Positions 13,201 through 26,200 of a stretch of DNA of 64,000 bases are shown here, piece after piece; position 1 is the stretch's first letter; each line of letters opens with the position of its first letter. A program made the position numbers and the translations under genes. Source of the DNA: Bilabrum cf. latius (lineage: Eukaryota); the NCBI GenBank assembly GCA_965178125.1, contig OZ237749.1, positions 124,001-188,000 on the forward strand, written 5' to 3'. The notes beneath the pieces are model-generated. The model was not told the origin of the DNA. It did not search any database and was given only the letters and a program-made list of their open reading frames with translations.

Positions 13201-16200
13201 GGCCATCACGGACCGCGACCTGGCCGAGCTTCAGTCGGCCGTGCAGGCCGCCAAGGACATGTCCCCCGCCTTCGAGCCGGACGAGCTCAAGACGGCCACG
13301 GAACTGATCGCCGTGATCGAGACGGAGAAGAAGTGCGTGGCCTCGCTCAAGGCGGCCATCGAGAAGCGCGAGAAGGGGGCTCTCGTGGAGGCGCTCGAGG
13401 AAGGCCGCAAGCTGGGCGAGTTCGTGACCGGCACGGACTCGTTCAAGCAGGCCGAGGCCCTCAAGAAGCGCATCGACGAGGAGGAGGAGGCGCGTGCCAA
13501 CCTCAAGTCCGCGATGGATGCCAAGGACTACGACAAGATCGTGGAGGCCATGGCCAAGATGGTGGAGATGGGCCTGGACGGCGAGGACATGTACACGGCG
13601 GGCGGCAAGCTCAGGGACGAGCTCGAGGCCCAGGCCAAGGCGAAGGAGATGCTGCGCGACGCGGTGTCGGCCCGCTCGCTGGACCAGCTGGAGGCGGCCC
13701 TGGAGCGCGCGGACAAGGTGTCTCTCCCCGCCGCCGACGAGACTCTGGTGAAGGGCAAGGAGCTCAAGGCCCGGTTGGACAAGGAGGTGGAGGTGCGCAA
13801 GACGCTCAAGGAGGCCATGGAGAAGAACGAGATGAAGGCGCTCGAGGAGGCCATCGGGGCGGCCAAGGGTATGACGCCCCCGCTCGCCGAGACCGTGCCC
13901 GACTGCCAGGAGCTGGCAGACGCCGAGAAGGCCTTGGGTCGTCTCAAGGAGATCCAGGAGGCCCAGAAGGCGCTGGGAGAAGCCGTTGCGCAGCGCAAGC
14001 TGGGCCGTCTGGCTGCCGCCATGCGCAAGTCCAAGGAGGTGGGCGTGGACATGGAGTGCCAGGAGATGAAGGACGCCGAGGCCCTGATCGAGGAGCTGGG
14101 AGCCGCCAACGAGCAGCTCATGAAGCTGGATGAGGCCATCAACAACCTGGACAAGGCCGAGATCGAGACCAACCTCAAGGCGTGCAAGGAGATGGGGCTC
14201 GGGGACGAGGAGCAGTGCGAGCAGGCCGTGGAGGCCCTGGCCAAGATCGACGCCCAGGATAAGCTGGCTGGCGAGCTCAAGGAGGCGACCGAGGCCAAGG
14301 ACCACGACAAGCTCAAGGCCGGCTTGGACGAGGCCGAGAAGCTGCACCTGTCCAAACGCGGGGAGCACGCTGCCGCCGTGGAGGCCGCCGAGAAGGTCCT
14401 GGCCCAGATCCGGCTGGACGAGGAGCAGCTCGAGTCGCTCAAGGCGGCTATCAAGAGCGGCGAGGAGGAGGGCATGGTCAAGGCCCTGGACAAGGCCAAG
14501 GAGCTGGGCGCCAGCGAGGCCGTGATCAAGCAGGGCGAGGAGGGCCTGGAGAAGATCAAGAAGGTCAAGGACCTGGACGAGCGCATGGCCAAGGCCCTCG
14601 AGGCCAAGGACAAGGAGGAGATGAGCAAGCTCTTCGACGAGGCCGAGGGGTCCGGGCTGGAGAGCAGCAAGATCAAAGAGGTCGGCACGGTGGTCAAGCG
14701 CGAGCGCGCCTCGCAGGAGACCCAGAAGGCCCTCGCGGAGTCGGTCAAGACTGGCGACGCAGACGCACTCAACGCCGCCCTTGAGAAGGCCATCGAGCTG
14801 GGCCTCGAGACGGAGGAGGTCAAGGCCGCCAAGGAGGCCAAGAACAAGCTCGACCAGGAGAAGGAGTTGGCGGGGGCCATCCGCGCCGCGGTCAAGGCGG
14901 CCAAGGCCAAGCTCGGCTCCAAGAACGGCGTGGACGCCGGAGACATCGCCCCTCTGCAGACCGCCATCGACGACGCGCTGGACAAGGGCCTCGCGGATGA
15001 CTCTCTGTACCTCAAGGAGGGCAACACGATGAAGGAGCGCTTGGAGGCGGTGATCGTGGTGCAGGGCGAGCTGGAGGAGTCGCTCAAGGGCAAGAAGACG
15101 AGGCTCATGAAGAAGGCCCTGGACCGCGCGGAGGAGCTTGAGCTCGCCTCTCAGCTGGTCAAGAAGGTCAAGCAGAAGATCAAGGAGATCGAGAGGGAGC
15201 AGGCCAGGAACGCCATGGCGGATGAGTACGACGACGAGGAGGACGAGGAGGCCATCAACCTGGGCGAGGAGGAGATGAAGAAGGCAAGGGAGGAGAAGTA
15301 CACCAGGGCCGAGCACAAGCGGTTCACCTGGACCAAGTACGCGAGGATCCGCAGCCCAGACGATTTCGCATCGGGCGTGTTCTTTGGCAAGTCGAGGATC
15401 AAGGCGAACCAGCTGAGGTGGCAGAGCAACACCATCAACAGCTCGCTGGTCGAGTTCGTGTCGAGGGAGCTGGTCAAGACGGCCCGGTTGCTTCACAAGA
15501 ACATCCTTGGGTACTGCGGAGACAAGTAGATGAGCTTCCCCGCGATGCTGGCGCAAGACATCCTCCACAAGGGACTCGAGCAGCCCGACCTGGTGGACGA
15601 GATCTACGTGCAGATCCTCAAGCACCTGACCAACAACCCGAGGCCCGACTCTGCGCTGAGGGCCTGGCAGCTCATGTGCATGTGCGTGGGCACCTTCCCC
15701 CCGAGCCACGACTTTGAGAACTTCCTGCTCAACTTTTTGCTGCAGCACAAGGAGCGGTCCGGCGCCGTGGGCAACTACGCCCGGTACGCCCTGCGCCGCC
15801 TGGAGGGCATCATGAACTCTGGGCCCACCGGGTTCGTGCCCACGGTGGAGGAGATCTACGCCTACAAGGAGAGGCCCCCCGTCCTGGCCACGATCGAGCT
15901 GGTGGACGGCACGCCGCTGACAGAGGACCTGCCCGTGACCCCCGACCTGAACGTGGAGAAGGTGATGACCGTGTGCAGGGGCTTCCTTGACCTGCAGGAC
16001 CCGAGGTGCAGGTACATGGGCATCTTCGTGTACGACATCGACGAGGAGGTGGAGGACGAAGAGGAGAACGAGCTGGGCAAGGAGGACGAGGAGGAGGAGG
16101 AGGACCACATCTCCAAGCTGCCCAAGACCGCCAGGCCTCTGCGGAACGAGAACTTTTTGGGCGACGTGGTGACCATCAAGGTCCGCGAGCAGCAGAAGTT

Positions 16201-16951
16201 CAAGCTGGTCTACAAGCGCAAGATCTTCCTGCTGGATGACGAGCCCGACGTGGGCCCCGATGATGACACGTACGACGAGCGCTTCGAGCAGCTCATGCAC
16301 CTGCAGGCTGTGGACGATATCATCAACAACAACATCGCCCTCGAGACTGAGGAGCAGGTCTGCCTGTTCCTAGCCCTCGCCATGGTGGTGGACTACGGGG
16401 CCGATGTGGGGACGGACGCTGAGTCTCTTGTGGAGCAGGAGATCGTGGAGTACGTCCCGTACATCTGGAGGGAGTCGCACGAGGCGCAGTGGTGGGCCGA
16501 GAAGACCGTGGAGGTGTGCGAGAAGGAGGGCGACCAGAACCCTCTCGAGATGGAGGCGATCGAGGCCCGGGAGAACCTCATGAGGATGACCAAGTCGGAC
16601 GAGCTCTTCGGGACCTTCTTCTTCCACGTCAAGAAGAAGAACGACCGGGGCGGGTGGAGCTCGGACCTCCCCGAGGACATGTTCCTGGTGCCCGACTACT
16701 TTGTGGTGGGCATCAAGTTCACCGGGCTGCGGTTCTACGACCCCGACACCATGGAAGAGAAGGTTCGCTTCGGGTTCGAGGACGTGTACCGGTGGGGCGG
16801 CAGCAAGGTGTCCTTCTGCCTTGAGCTGTGGTTCAAGGAACTCGAGGACACGCGGGAGCTGGAGATGTGGACGGGGCAGGCGCCCGACATCGCGAGCCTC
16901 ATGCTCGACTACATCAACGCCGTGATGGAGGTGCGGGCGCCCGGGTCGTGA
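10207..16951 (+). CDS. Unconventional myosin: SH3-like N-terminus, motor, IQ-like neck, long helical-repeat stalk, MyTH4-FERM tail; join(10207..10227,10694..16951), ~2092 aa, 1 in-frame TAG
   Basis: P-loop GESGAGKT, switch I NNNSSRFGK, switch II DIFGFE, FVRCMKPN. The MyTH4 sequence ILGYCGDK*MSFPAMLAQDIL..DEIYVQILKHLT spans TAG 15527-15529. FERM-like tail (FGFEDVYRWG). Ends at TGA. Confidence 0.95.
10228..10693 (+). other. Predicted spliceosomal intron (466 nt) in the myosin gene
   Basis: GTGAGA donor after MATFEPG and pyrimidine-rich ccttccgcAG acceptor. Splicing gives MATFEPG|SYVWFIHP, a typical myosin N-terminus. Confidence 0.7.
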
Positions 16952-17332
16952 TGTCGGGGCCGGAGAGGAGGCGCGCGCCCGAATAGGGGAGGGGCCGAGA
17001 AAGGAGAAGAAGGGAGCGCGATGCGCTTGGCCCCCTTGGCCGCTGCTGCCAGCCTGCCTGTCCAGCGAAGAAGGCCGAGGGCGGCTGCGCGCTCAGGGCC
17101 ACTGCGCACCCCCCTGGAAGCACAGCCGCGAGGTCGCGCGGCGATGAGTTCATGTTCATGTTTAGATACTATTTCTTTCGAATTAACGTTTCATTTACAA
17201 GGCTTTACACTATCAGCTTGAGGAGCATGAATCCGGAACCCCACTGGCATACGGTACCGCCGGCGTACTGCAACTGCTTGGTTGATATCGGATTAGTGGC
17301 GACAGTCGTCTGTGCGGGGCCTGTCAAACAAA

Positions 17333-17986
17333 ATGCAGTCGGCGGATGGGCGTCTTGCTGCAATTCGCAGCATGCGAGTCAAGCACGAGGTACGGCTCAT
17401 GCAGGGAAACCTGCCCAGAGGAGTAGAATTCGAAACGAACGAGAGTGCTGAATCGCAGTTTCGCTGCTGGGTAGATGGGCCGCCAGACTCCCCATACGAT
17501 GGCTGTCGATTTGAGCTGTCAGTTTCCATACCGGACGCTTTTCCAATGGAGCCTCCGGCTGTGCGAGTCCTGACGCCAGTACGGCACCCGAACATAGACA
17601 GCAGCGGTAGGATATGCATGAACCTGCTCAAAATGGCAAAAGGGGCTGGCTAGGCATCGGCAGGGTTCTGGAGAGCAAGCTGTTCGATAGTTTCGGTTGT
17701 CACTTCTGTGCAAGCGCTGCTTTAGAGCCCGAATTGCGACGATCCGCTGGTGCCGGCCCTTGCTTCCATGATGTTATCGCATCCAGAGGCCTACTTCTAG
17801 GAGGTTCGGGCGCATGCCCGCAAGTATGCCAGTAGGGATGCATCTAGCAGTAGTAGAGCATCCATGGCGCTCTCGCGCACGTCATCCTCGGCAGCCGGCG
17901 GCGCTGCTGCTGCTGCCGCTGCTGCTGCCTCCCAGCCGCAATCCGCTGCGCCGAGCAGCAGCACTCAGGCTGCCACTGGCATGCAT

Positions 17987-18032
<46 letters not shown>

Positions 18033-18496
18033 TCGGCATTTCTTTGCCGAGCTCTGCTTCGAGCGCCCCCGCCTCGGAGGTAGCTGTGAGTGCACCAGTT
18101 GCTACAGCCTCTTCAGGTTCTCTCGGGGCGAGCACTGGCACTGGCAGCACCGAGCAAGTGCTCCCGGCTCGGAGCGAGCACCAGCAGCCGCTCGGTCTGG
18201 GAAGCGGCTCGCGCAAGCGGAAGCGGCGGAGATCCGGCACTCCCAAGGGGTCTGGAGCGGAAGGAGGGGTCACTGAGAAGGCGCGGGTTTTACCTGCCAG
18301 TGTCGGTGCATCTGCCAGCGACACCATCATCGGTGCGGACGCGCCGAAGGGTCGGACGGCAGCGATGCCAGTGGTTGGTGCACACATGGATGGGGCCACT
18401 AGCGCCGGTCAGTCCGGGGTAAAAGCCTCACCGCCGCCGGCTAAAATGGCCCGGATAGGCGATGGTGGCCATGAAACGCGAAGTACAGGGCTTTGA
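17333..18496 (+). CDS. UBE2T: Ubiquitin-conjugating enzyme E2, UBE2T-like (~387 aa), with a Ser-rich tail; 3 in-frame TAGs inside the UBC fold
   Basis: GPPDSPYDG, FPMEPP and HPNIDSSGRIC (catalytic Cys), then W..S.SI.SVVTSVQALL*SPNCDDPL..AYF*EVRAHARKYA, which is the conserved C-terminal half of the UBC domain. TAGs at 17651, 17723 and 17798. Ends at TGA. Confidence 0.85.
17989..18030 (+). repeat. (CAG)14 microsatellite read in frame as poly-Ser (AGC)
   Basis: Direct reading. Confidence 0.9.
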
Positions 18497-18646
18497 GGAC
18501 GGCGGTCCGCCGCCACTGCCAGTGCCAGTGGCGGGTCTGGCAACTTGTTGAACCGGAACATGTGACGAGCGCAACGCCGATTTATCACGTTTGGTCATAA
18601 TCGGCATTTCATCGTCCAATACGCGATATCTGTGGTCCGAGTTGCC

Positions 18647-21600
18647 ATGGATACATAGTCCACCCTCATAACGAGCATTTTGGGCAGTTTAGATGCCAGG
18701 TTGCCGTCAGAGAAGGATGATTCCGAGCCGTGGCATTAGGCACTACGAATTGATGGTTCTGGTCTACCGGCTGCATCAACAGGCTCACACAGTGATCTGA
18801 TTGAGCTGACTCGAATGACTGCAGTATCGATCCTACATGTGCCACGGCCGCCTCTGGATTCACAAGCGCAGAGCCGGGTTGAGGAGGCTAGCATGGACAT
18901 CCAGCCGTAGAAGATATTTTCAACCATGGAGGACTACCGCTTGCAAGAAGACAAACGAATAGCTGGCTTGCGCATCGGATCCATTTTGTCGCTGCTTTCT
19001 ACGAGTCGACGGTGGGCACAAACCTCAGGATCCGCTGGCTCGGGCGGAGCTGCACAGCTCCTATAGGATTTGGAGGAGACGAGACTATTCTGGTGGTCTA
19101 GGCAGGCTAGCACAACTTAGATATTGCGTGAATAGAGCCCTATTGAGTGGCTCCAGCTGGCGTATCGCGGTTGCTTCGGAGAGGACGGCACATTTTCCGA
19201 GGCGGCTCGATGGAGCCGTGGAGTGGGCTCGAGGCGTCCTCTGGATGCGGCACAGTCGGCTAGCAGCGAGGGCCGCAACCCAAGGAACAGCCTCTCGCTG
19301 CATGCACCCACTGCGCGCGAGACAAACGCCCTCTACTCGGCCGCCCGCGCCCGCCTCGACGCCCTCAGCGGCGCCCTGTGGCCCGCCGACCGCATGGCTG
19401 CGGTGGACCTGGCGAGGGAGCCGTGGGTACGGGTGCTCGGGGCTCTCGCGCGTGCGGCGGGTGCATTCGATGACATCGGCAGGGGGGTTCAGGTGGTCCG
19501 TGCTACCGATGCGCATGCTGGGGCCGAGCAGAAGGAGGATCATCAGCAAGGGGGCGGGTTGGGGGGAAGGGGCAGGGGCAGGGTGTGCTTGGTGCGGTTG
19601 GAAGAGGAGGCAGCCGCGGGGATGGCGCCCCCTTGTTCCCTGAGGCCTCTGCTGGTGCGAGAGGGGATGGGGGTGGGTGGTCAAGCCGGTGGGAGGAGTG
19701 AGGCAGGGGCGCATGGGAATGGCGACGTGGAGGATGAGGATGAGGACGAGGACGAGGACGAGGAGGATGGGCTCTCAAGCAGTTCTGGATCAGATGGCAT
19801 GATGGCAGACGGCCGATAGGATGCGATTGCAGATGGAGAGGACCAGGACGGTGGTGCTAGCGGGGAGGGCGGTTTCCCGGCAGAAAGCCCTGTGCATTTC
19901 AGAGGGGGGGGGCGTGCCGCTCTGGTGCCGAGGGCAGGTGGGCGCAGGGGCACGGCCGACTCGCTGTGGGACACAGACCTGGATCCAGACTCCCCGCGGC
20001 AGATCGGCCGTGGTCACGCGCGCACCCCCGAGCCCAGCCGCCCCAGGAACAGCCTGTTCGCCGCTGCACTAGACACGGTACGCTCGGGGCTGCGGCTGGT
20101 GGGCGCGCGCGGCGGCAACGTAGAAGATGACGGAGAGCACGGCGGGGATGGGGCTGATCAACCTGCCGTTGGTAGGCCGGGTAGGCTGGAGAAGAGACTG
20201 TTCCAGCCCAAGCCCGAGGCCAAGCGCCCCCCCGTGCCAGCCGTGCCCACAGCGGTGGTCAGTTCGCTGGGTGCATCGGCGGCCAGGGGCGAGTGCCCGC
20301 ACCTGTGCTGGCCCAAAGTGGATGGAATCCAGCTGCAGACGATGCGTCCAGCCGCGGGAGAAGAAGAACAAGAGGAAGGGATGGAGGTAGATGGCCCGGA
20401 GGCAGAGCCCGCAGGGATGTCAGGTGATGGGGCGAGGCGCGGGAGCGTGCACGCTGCCCTGAATGAATCGATGCTTCGATTCCAGGCACTCACGGAGGGA
20501 AGCGCCGAGTACGCAGCTGCGACAGGTAGGGCGCGGCTGGCGCTGGCGAGGCAGACCGCGAGCGCTGTGGTGGAGGCGGGCGCTGCTCTACTGCGGGTAC
20601 TGGTGATCCTGGAGACGTCCGGCCTACACCGGCCCAGCGCTGGGGAGAGGTGGGGCGGCGTGGATCCGCAGGTCAGGGCTGGCGCGGCAGGTGCCCTCCG
20701 ACGGCTGGAGGAGGCGTTGGCCCGTGGGCGTGGTGAGGAGGCCGAGTGCAGCTGGCTGGCGAGGGGGGCGGCCGCGGGTCGCAGCCCGCACGGCCTCTGG
20801 CAGTATGGTTAGGACCAGAGGTAGGGACATGGGCAGGGTCATCCAGGAGGTATGGATGGTGCTCCCGCGGCTGCTCATGCTCGCGTGTCTCCAGAGGAGC
20901 GGAATGCCATGGTGCTGCTGGATCAGATACACGTGAGGGCGGGCAGGTCGGCGAGGAGGATCGTGGCACTGCTGGACGAGGCCGCAGGACCCCTCGCCAG
21001 GCTGTCTGCCCGCGTGCACGGGGCGCTGCGGCACGCGAGACAGACCACTCTGCAGCTGATGGCCCCTCACGCGCGCAGGGGCTTCCTCAGGCGGAACTGG
21101 CTTCCACTGCTGGTTGGCTCGGGTGCGGCTGCCTTCGGAGGGTACAGGCTGTGGCAGCGGGGCGGGCTGTCGATGGAGACATTCAGGGGCGCCATGTCGG
21201 GAGTGGAGGGCTTCTACAGGGAACACTTTGACGGGCCCGTCAAGTCCATCGCGAACGAGGTGCTCCGCGGCAGCCAGGGCATCGAGGGGGGGCCCTCGGC
21301 GAAGGAGATCGGCGGGGCGCAGGCGAGTCTGCAGAGGATGCTGGGGGACTTTTACACAGAGCTGGCGGACGACAGGGTGCCAGTGCCGGGGGAGCCCGTG
21401 GTGGCGAGCGGGGTGGGCAACGGCGGCGGCGGCACAGGAGGAGGAGGAGATGCTGCTGCGCCACAGCAGACCGGGCTGCTCCCTTCCGTTGGTCCCGCGG
21501 AGGTGTTGGACCGACAGCAAGCGGAGCAGCTGGCCCTGCAGCTAGACCTGGGAGTGGTCTCTCGGTTGTACGAGGGCGAGCTGAGGACTCCCATTCGGTC

Positions 21601-23095
21601 CCTCTTGGCGGGGAACATGACCCGGCTGCTGCTGCTGCAGACAGAGCACCTGCGGGTGCAGATGCTCCGCGCGCTGGGAGCCATGGACACCATGCTCAAG
21701 GCCCAGCACTTCAACCTGCAGGCGATGGCGCTCCTGCCCGCGCTGTACGCATCGGCAGCGGCGGCCAGCGGCGCGGCGGCGCTCTACTCCCGACTGCGGA
21801 GGCCAGTGGCCGTGGACAAGCTTCGGGAGTCGCTGGCTGCCCTCGTGGACGCGCTGGACCGGGAGATCTGCGCGGTGGTGGCGTCCCCTGGGGGCCTCAG
21901 GGGGGCGGTGCTGGGCGCCGACGAGGACGCCGGGGTGGGGGCTGCGGGGCTGAGCTACTCTGATGTGGGCGTGCTGGTGCGAGGGGCGGGTCGTTCGTCA
22001 GCTGGGCTGCAGCCACCGCATTCATCTAGCTCCGGCTCCTACACGCAGGATCCGCCCCTGCCGGGGTCCGTGTACCATCGCCCCGGCAGCAGCAGCATCA
22101 GCATGGGCAGGGGCATGGGTGCTGGTGCCTCTTCGCAGGGATCGGGCAGCTGGCAGACCCAGGGATACCCCGGCAGCGGCACTGGTCCCAGTGGAAGTGC
22201 CGCCCACGGGCCCAGCCATGGCAGCGACACCCATCCGTCGGAACACGCAGCTTCGTCCTCCTCTAATTCCCTGCCCTCTGCCCGGCTGCAGTCGCTCAGG
22301 CACCACCACAAGCAGGGCCCCGCTCCCGGTCCTGGCCAGCACGTTGCGGCACCCATCCACGTGCAGGTGCCTCTCGCGTACGACCAACACTCTCACGGGG
22401 AACACGTGCACGGAACATACACGGACGGGGAGATGGGGTGGGGCATGGATGGCGGCGCCAGCCCGGGCCCGCCCCCCGGCTCCATCGTGTCAAGATCACC
22501 CACGGACGCGCCCATGCCGCCCTCGGCCTCCGAGGCGGGATCCGTGGCGGCGCGGCGGGCGGCAGACGGAGTGATCGGTGCTGGGCAGAGGCAAGGAGCT
22601 CCATCTGACCATGGCTGGAGGCAGGGGCTGCCCACTGTGCCCGAGGGAGGGAGCGAGAGAGAGGACAGCCCCGCGGGGACTGCGAGGGAGGCGACCGCCG
22701 TGTCGTCTGTTTCCAGCGACGCGCGGCTGCGAAGAGGCGGGGGTGGCGCACAGGGATACACCTTGCCGACGCGCAGTGCCCGAGGGTCCGGGCCCGTTGC
22801 CCTCCCACGCGGCACCGCCCCGTTGCAGAGCGGCTTCGGGGACGCATCGCTGGGCCGCGTGCTGCTGCTCGTGCTGACGCTGACCAAGCGGCTCGGCGAG
22901 CTGGCGGGGGCTCGGCCCCAGCTGAGGGGGGACTGTGAGAGGGCCGCCTTGGAGCTGGCCGAGGTGTCAGCCGCTGGAGTGACTCCGCTGCACAGGCTGC
23001 TTGCCCTGCGGAGGGCGAAGGGGTCTCTGCCGATCCTTAGGGCCAGTCCCGGGGGCGACTTGGTGGAGTCGGCCATGGGGGTGGTTGGCCTGTGA
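18647..23095 (+). CDS. NCA2: NCA2 / DGS1-family mitochondrial outer-membrane protein (~1482 aa) with large low-complexity insertions; 9 in-frame TAGs
   Basis: NCA2-like core YEGELRTPIRSLLAGNMTRLLLLQ..AMDTMLKAQHFNLQAMALLPA and TM segment RNWLPLLVG. Single frame from gccATGg 18647 to TGA 23093, broken only by TAG at 18656, 18737, 18908, 19064, 19118, 19133, 19817, 20810 and 20822. Confidence 0.8.
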
Positions 23096-23233
23096 TGGGC
23101 CAGTGGGAATTTGGACTAGAACAGTAATATTTCATCATGCATTTCCTCCAATGTAGCCCCGATCCAGATGCGGATCAGAAGTCAATTGTTTTTGCGCGAA
23201 CGGCACCGTGTGTCCTTGATCCACTAAACGGAA

Positions 23234-26200
23234 TCAGACTGACTCTCCGGACATACCGCCAGCCGCCCTGTCCTCGGTTCCATTCTTCTTCGAGCCAGCG
23301 CCTGCGCCTCCTGCCGCGTCTTGGGCCGTGCTTGGAGCTGCAGGAGCTGCCCCGAAGAGCGACCGCATTGAGCTCATGAAGCGCGATGCAGCAGACCCAG
23401 CTGTCGTCGCCGGTGCGGCCACATCACTTCTCGAGGGGACTGCGCCTGACCCGCTCGCGCCACTCTAGGCGACGGGCCTACCCGCCTGCTGGGATGCCGC
23501 CGCGGGGGATGACCCCACCCCGCTTGGAGATGGCTTGCTCGCCGCGGGTGATTTGCTCAGGAATGAAGAGAGCGAGGTGCGGACTGCGACTCGGCGAGGA
23601 GAGCCCGAGCCACCCGGCGATTGGCCCTGGGAGACCGCCGCAGGAGCAGAGGCGGACCCGGGCGCACCCGGGGCACGGCTAGGAACCACAGGCGGTGTCA
23701 CAATCTTGGCGACTTTGCCCTGAGTGCCGTCGGACCCTGCACTGGTACCATCTGCAGCAGCTCCAGCGCCCCTGTCTTTGCCTGAGGATGGTTCGGCTCT
23801 CGACCCACCATCCTGGTCCTGATCCAGCCCGGTGCTACCTATGGCGATTCCGTCACTCACGCTCCTGCCGCTCGGAGAGCTACTGCTGCTTCCCTGTCCC
23901 TGTCCCTGTCCATGTGCAAGCGCACCTCGAATGGCAGCACCCACGTCGGGGGCCCCCGGAGCCGCAGTGAACTTGCGCAGGAGCACGGCCCTTGGAAGCA
24001 CCGACCCGCTCCTCGCCCTCGTGTGCTTCTTCATGTGGGCAGAGCCGGTGGATCGCAGGTGGGCCATGGAGGGGGTCGTTCGGGCCTGTTTGCACTTGCC
24101 TTTGGTACCCTTCTCGCGGCCATCCTTCTTTGCGGCAGTCCCGGCTTCCTCCTCCTCATCGCTGGCGGCCGAGTCGGCCGAATCCTCGTCAGACGCGCCT
24201 GAATCTGAATCGCTGCTGCTGCCGCTGCTATCATCGTCGCCCTTGTCCTTCCGTCGGGGCTTCGCCTGCTCTTCACCATCGCCCCCCTCACCATCGCCGT
24301 CCTCGCTCTCACTTTCTGTATCCGAATACTCCGGCATGCTGTATCCCGTACCTGCCCTAGCACGATCCACTCCGCCGTCTCCTGTCTCAGCGCCATCGCC
24401 GGCCTTCCGAGCATCGCTTCCACCAGGCCCAGCCAGGCCCGTGGAAAATGACTGCGCGGCTGTCTGCCATCTCGACAGCGGGCCCGCGTCCTCCTCCTCG
24501 TCCTCGTCCGAGTCCACATCGCTCCCCTCAGCACTAGCACTCCCGCTCCCGCTGCCCGCATCGTCCTCCACCAAGTCACCCAGGTCCCCTCCCAGCAGCC
24601 CATCGCCGCCCTCGCCCCCCTCCGCCCCGGAGGACATCGACCTCCCCATCCTGATCTCGCGCTTCACGGCGGCCAGGATGGAGGGCGCCGTGGAGCCAGT
24701 CACCAGGATGCTGCCCCGGCCACGCTGCAGCAGCTTGCCACCGATGGTACCCCGCGACCTCCCCGGTCCGGAGAACATCCGGCGGTCAGGACGACCGTCG
24801 CCACTTGCCCAGGCCACGTCCCGACCACCGGCCCCGCTGCCGCTTCCAGTCGCCCCGTCGCTCCTGGTTGCAACCGGCTTCCCGGAGCCCAGGCCCGCTG
24901 AGCTGCTGCCCCGCCGCCTGGAATGACCCGGAGCCGGAGCAAGCCCCGAGCCCCGCCTCTGCGCGGGCAACGTGCCGAAGCCCGGCCGCAGCACCACGGT
25001 CCGGCGGCGGGCGAGACCCACCCCCGGCAGCGTGGCCGAGGGCCTGAGCTGGCGGAGTCCAGCGGACCAGTCGTGGATGGATGGGGCTCGGCGGTGAAGA
25101 GAGATCCCCCCAGGTCCTTCGTTGTGTTCCCTGGCGTCCTCTCCTGCACCTGCCGCACCATCCTCACCGCCTTTGATGCCTGCGCCAGCTCCCCCCGCGG
25201 CCGCCGCCGCCGCTGCTGCCCCAGTGGCTCCGTCGCTGGTCTGGCTCCTCAGCCTGCCTCGCTGCAGCGCAGCAGCGCCTGCCTCCGCCTCGATGCGGTC
25301 TGCCTGCTGCAGCAGTACCCCGAGGTCGCTGGCTGACCTCTTCCTGCCCTCGTCACCACCGCGGTGGTGGTGACCCGCCGCATCGCCTGTGCCATCTTCT
25401 GCTTCCACCCCACCTTCGCCTCCAACCATAGCCCCCTTCTTGTTCCCTGTGGGGGACGCCACGGCGCCTGTTCCCTGGCTGCTGCTCCCTGTCGGTGTAC
25501 CAGCGCTAGTACTGCCTTGTTCCCTGGTCCCCACGGACCCCTGGGTGTCCCCCGTCTCTGCCCCCAGTGTGGAGGCCTCCGCCTCATGCAGCAGGACACG
25601 TGCGGAGCTCTCGAACTCGCCAGCTCGAGCACTGGTGTTCCCTGCTAGTGAAACGCAACGGGCTATCTGCCTCACGGCCCGCTTCACCAGGGCCAGTGAC
25701 GCGGGATCACTCGTCGCACCACGTGGACTATCTCCCGCTGCCCTCGCATGCTCCTGCAGGTGTCCTTCCCACAGCGAGTCCAGCTCCGACTACAGGCTGA
25801 ATTCATCGCTTGTGGCACCGTCCTCGTCAGCAGCGCCATCGCTTGGGGCATCATTAGCGGCGGCATGACCCACCGCGGCACCGACATCCACCAGGCAGCA
25901 ACCCAGCTGTGCCGTGTCTCTGGTGGCTGCGATCTGCCCAGCCCCCAGCTCGCTCGAGGCCACTGCAATGCCATGCACCCCTCCGTCGAACTGCCACCCG
26001 CCCGGCTCCATACCTCCGGTGGTACTACCACCCCGACCGGACGAACTGCCGCCCGCGCACATGGCGAATATATCGCTGGCGATGTCCGTCACGTGCACCA
26101 CGCCCCCGGGCCCGATCAAGATCCCGGCCCCGAGCAGAGCCGCCGGGTTGCTGTGCGCCCCTTGCCCCTGCTCGCCGTGGGAGTCGCCGTCGTCCTCCCC

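Noticed and set aside
12488-16300. 1270-aa antisense ORF opposite myosin, and other long antisense or alternative-frame ORFs (e.g. 28383..29897, 46813..48072, 61272..62480)
   Set aside because: These are shadow ORFs caused by high GC3 on the coding strand and show no domain signal.
15530-16951. Separate MyTH4-FERM gene downstream of myosin
   Set aside because: There is no intergenic base, the frame is the same and the break is mid-domain, so it is the myosin tail.
17651-17800. Tiny introns removing the TAG codons
   Set aside because: The UBC, MyTH4 and TrpRS motifs keep their expected order and frame across the TAGs, and there are no consistent GT..AG pairs around them. Introns predicted here are 95-466 nt.
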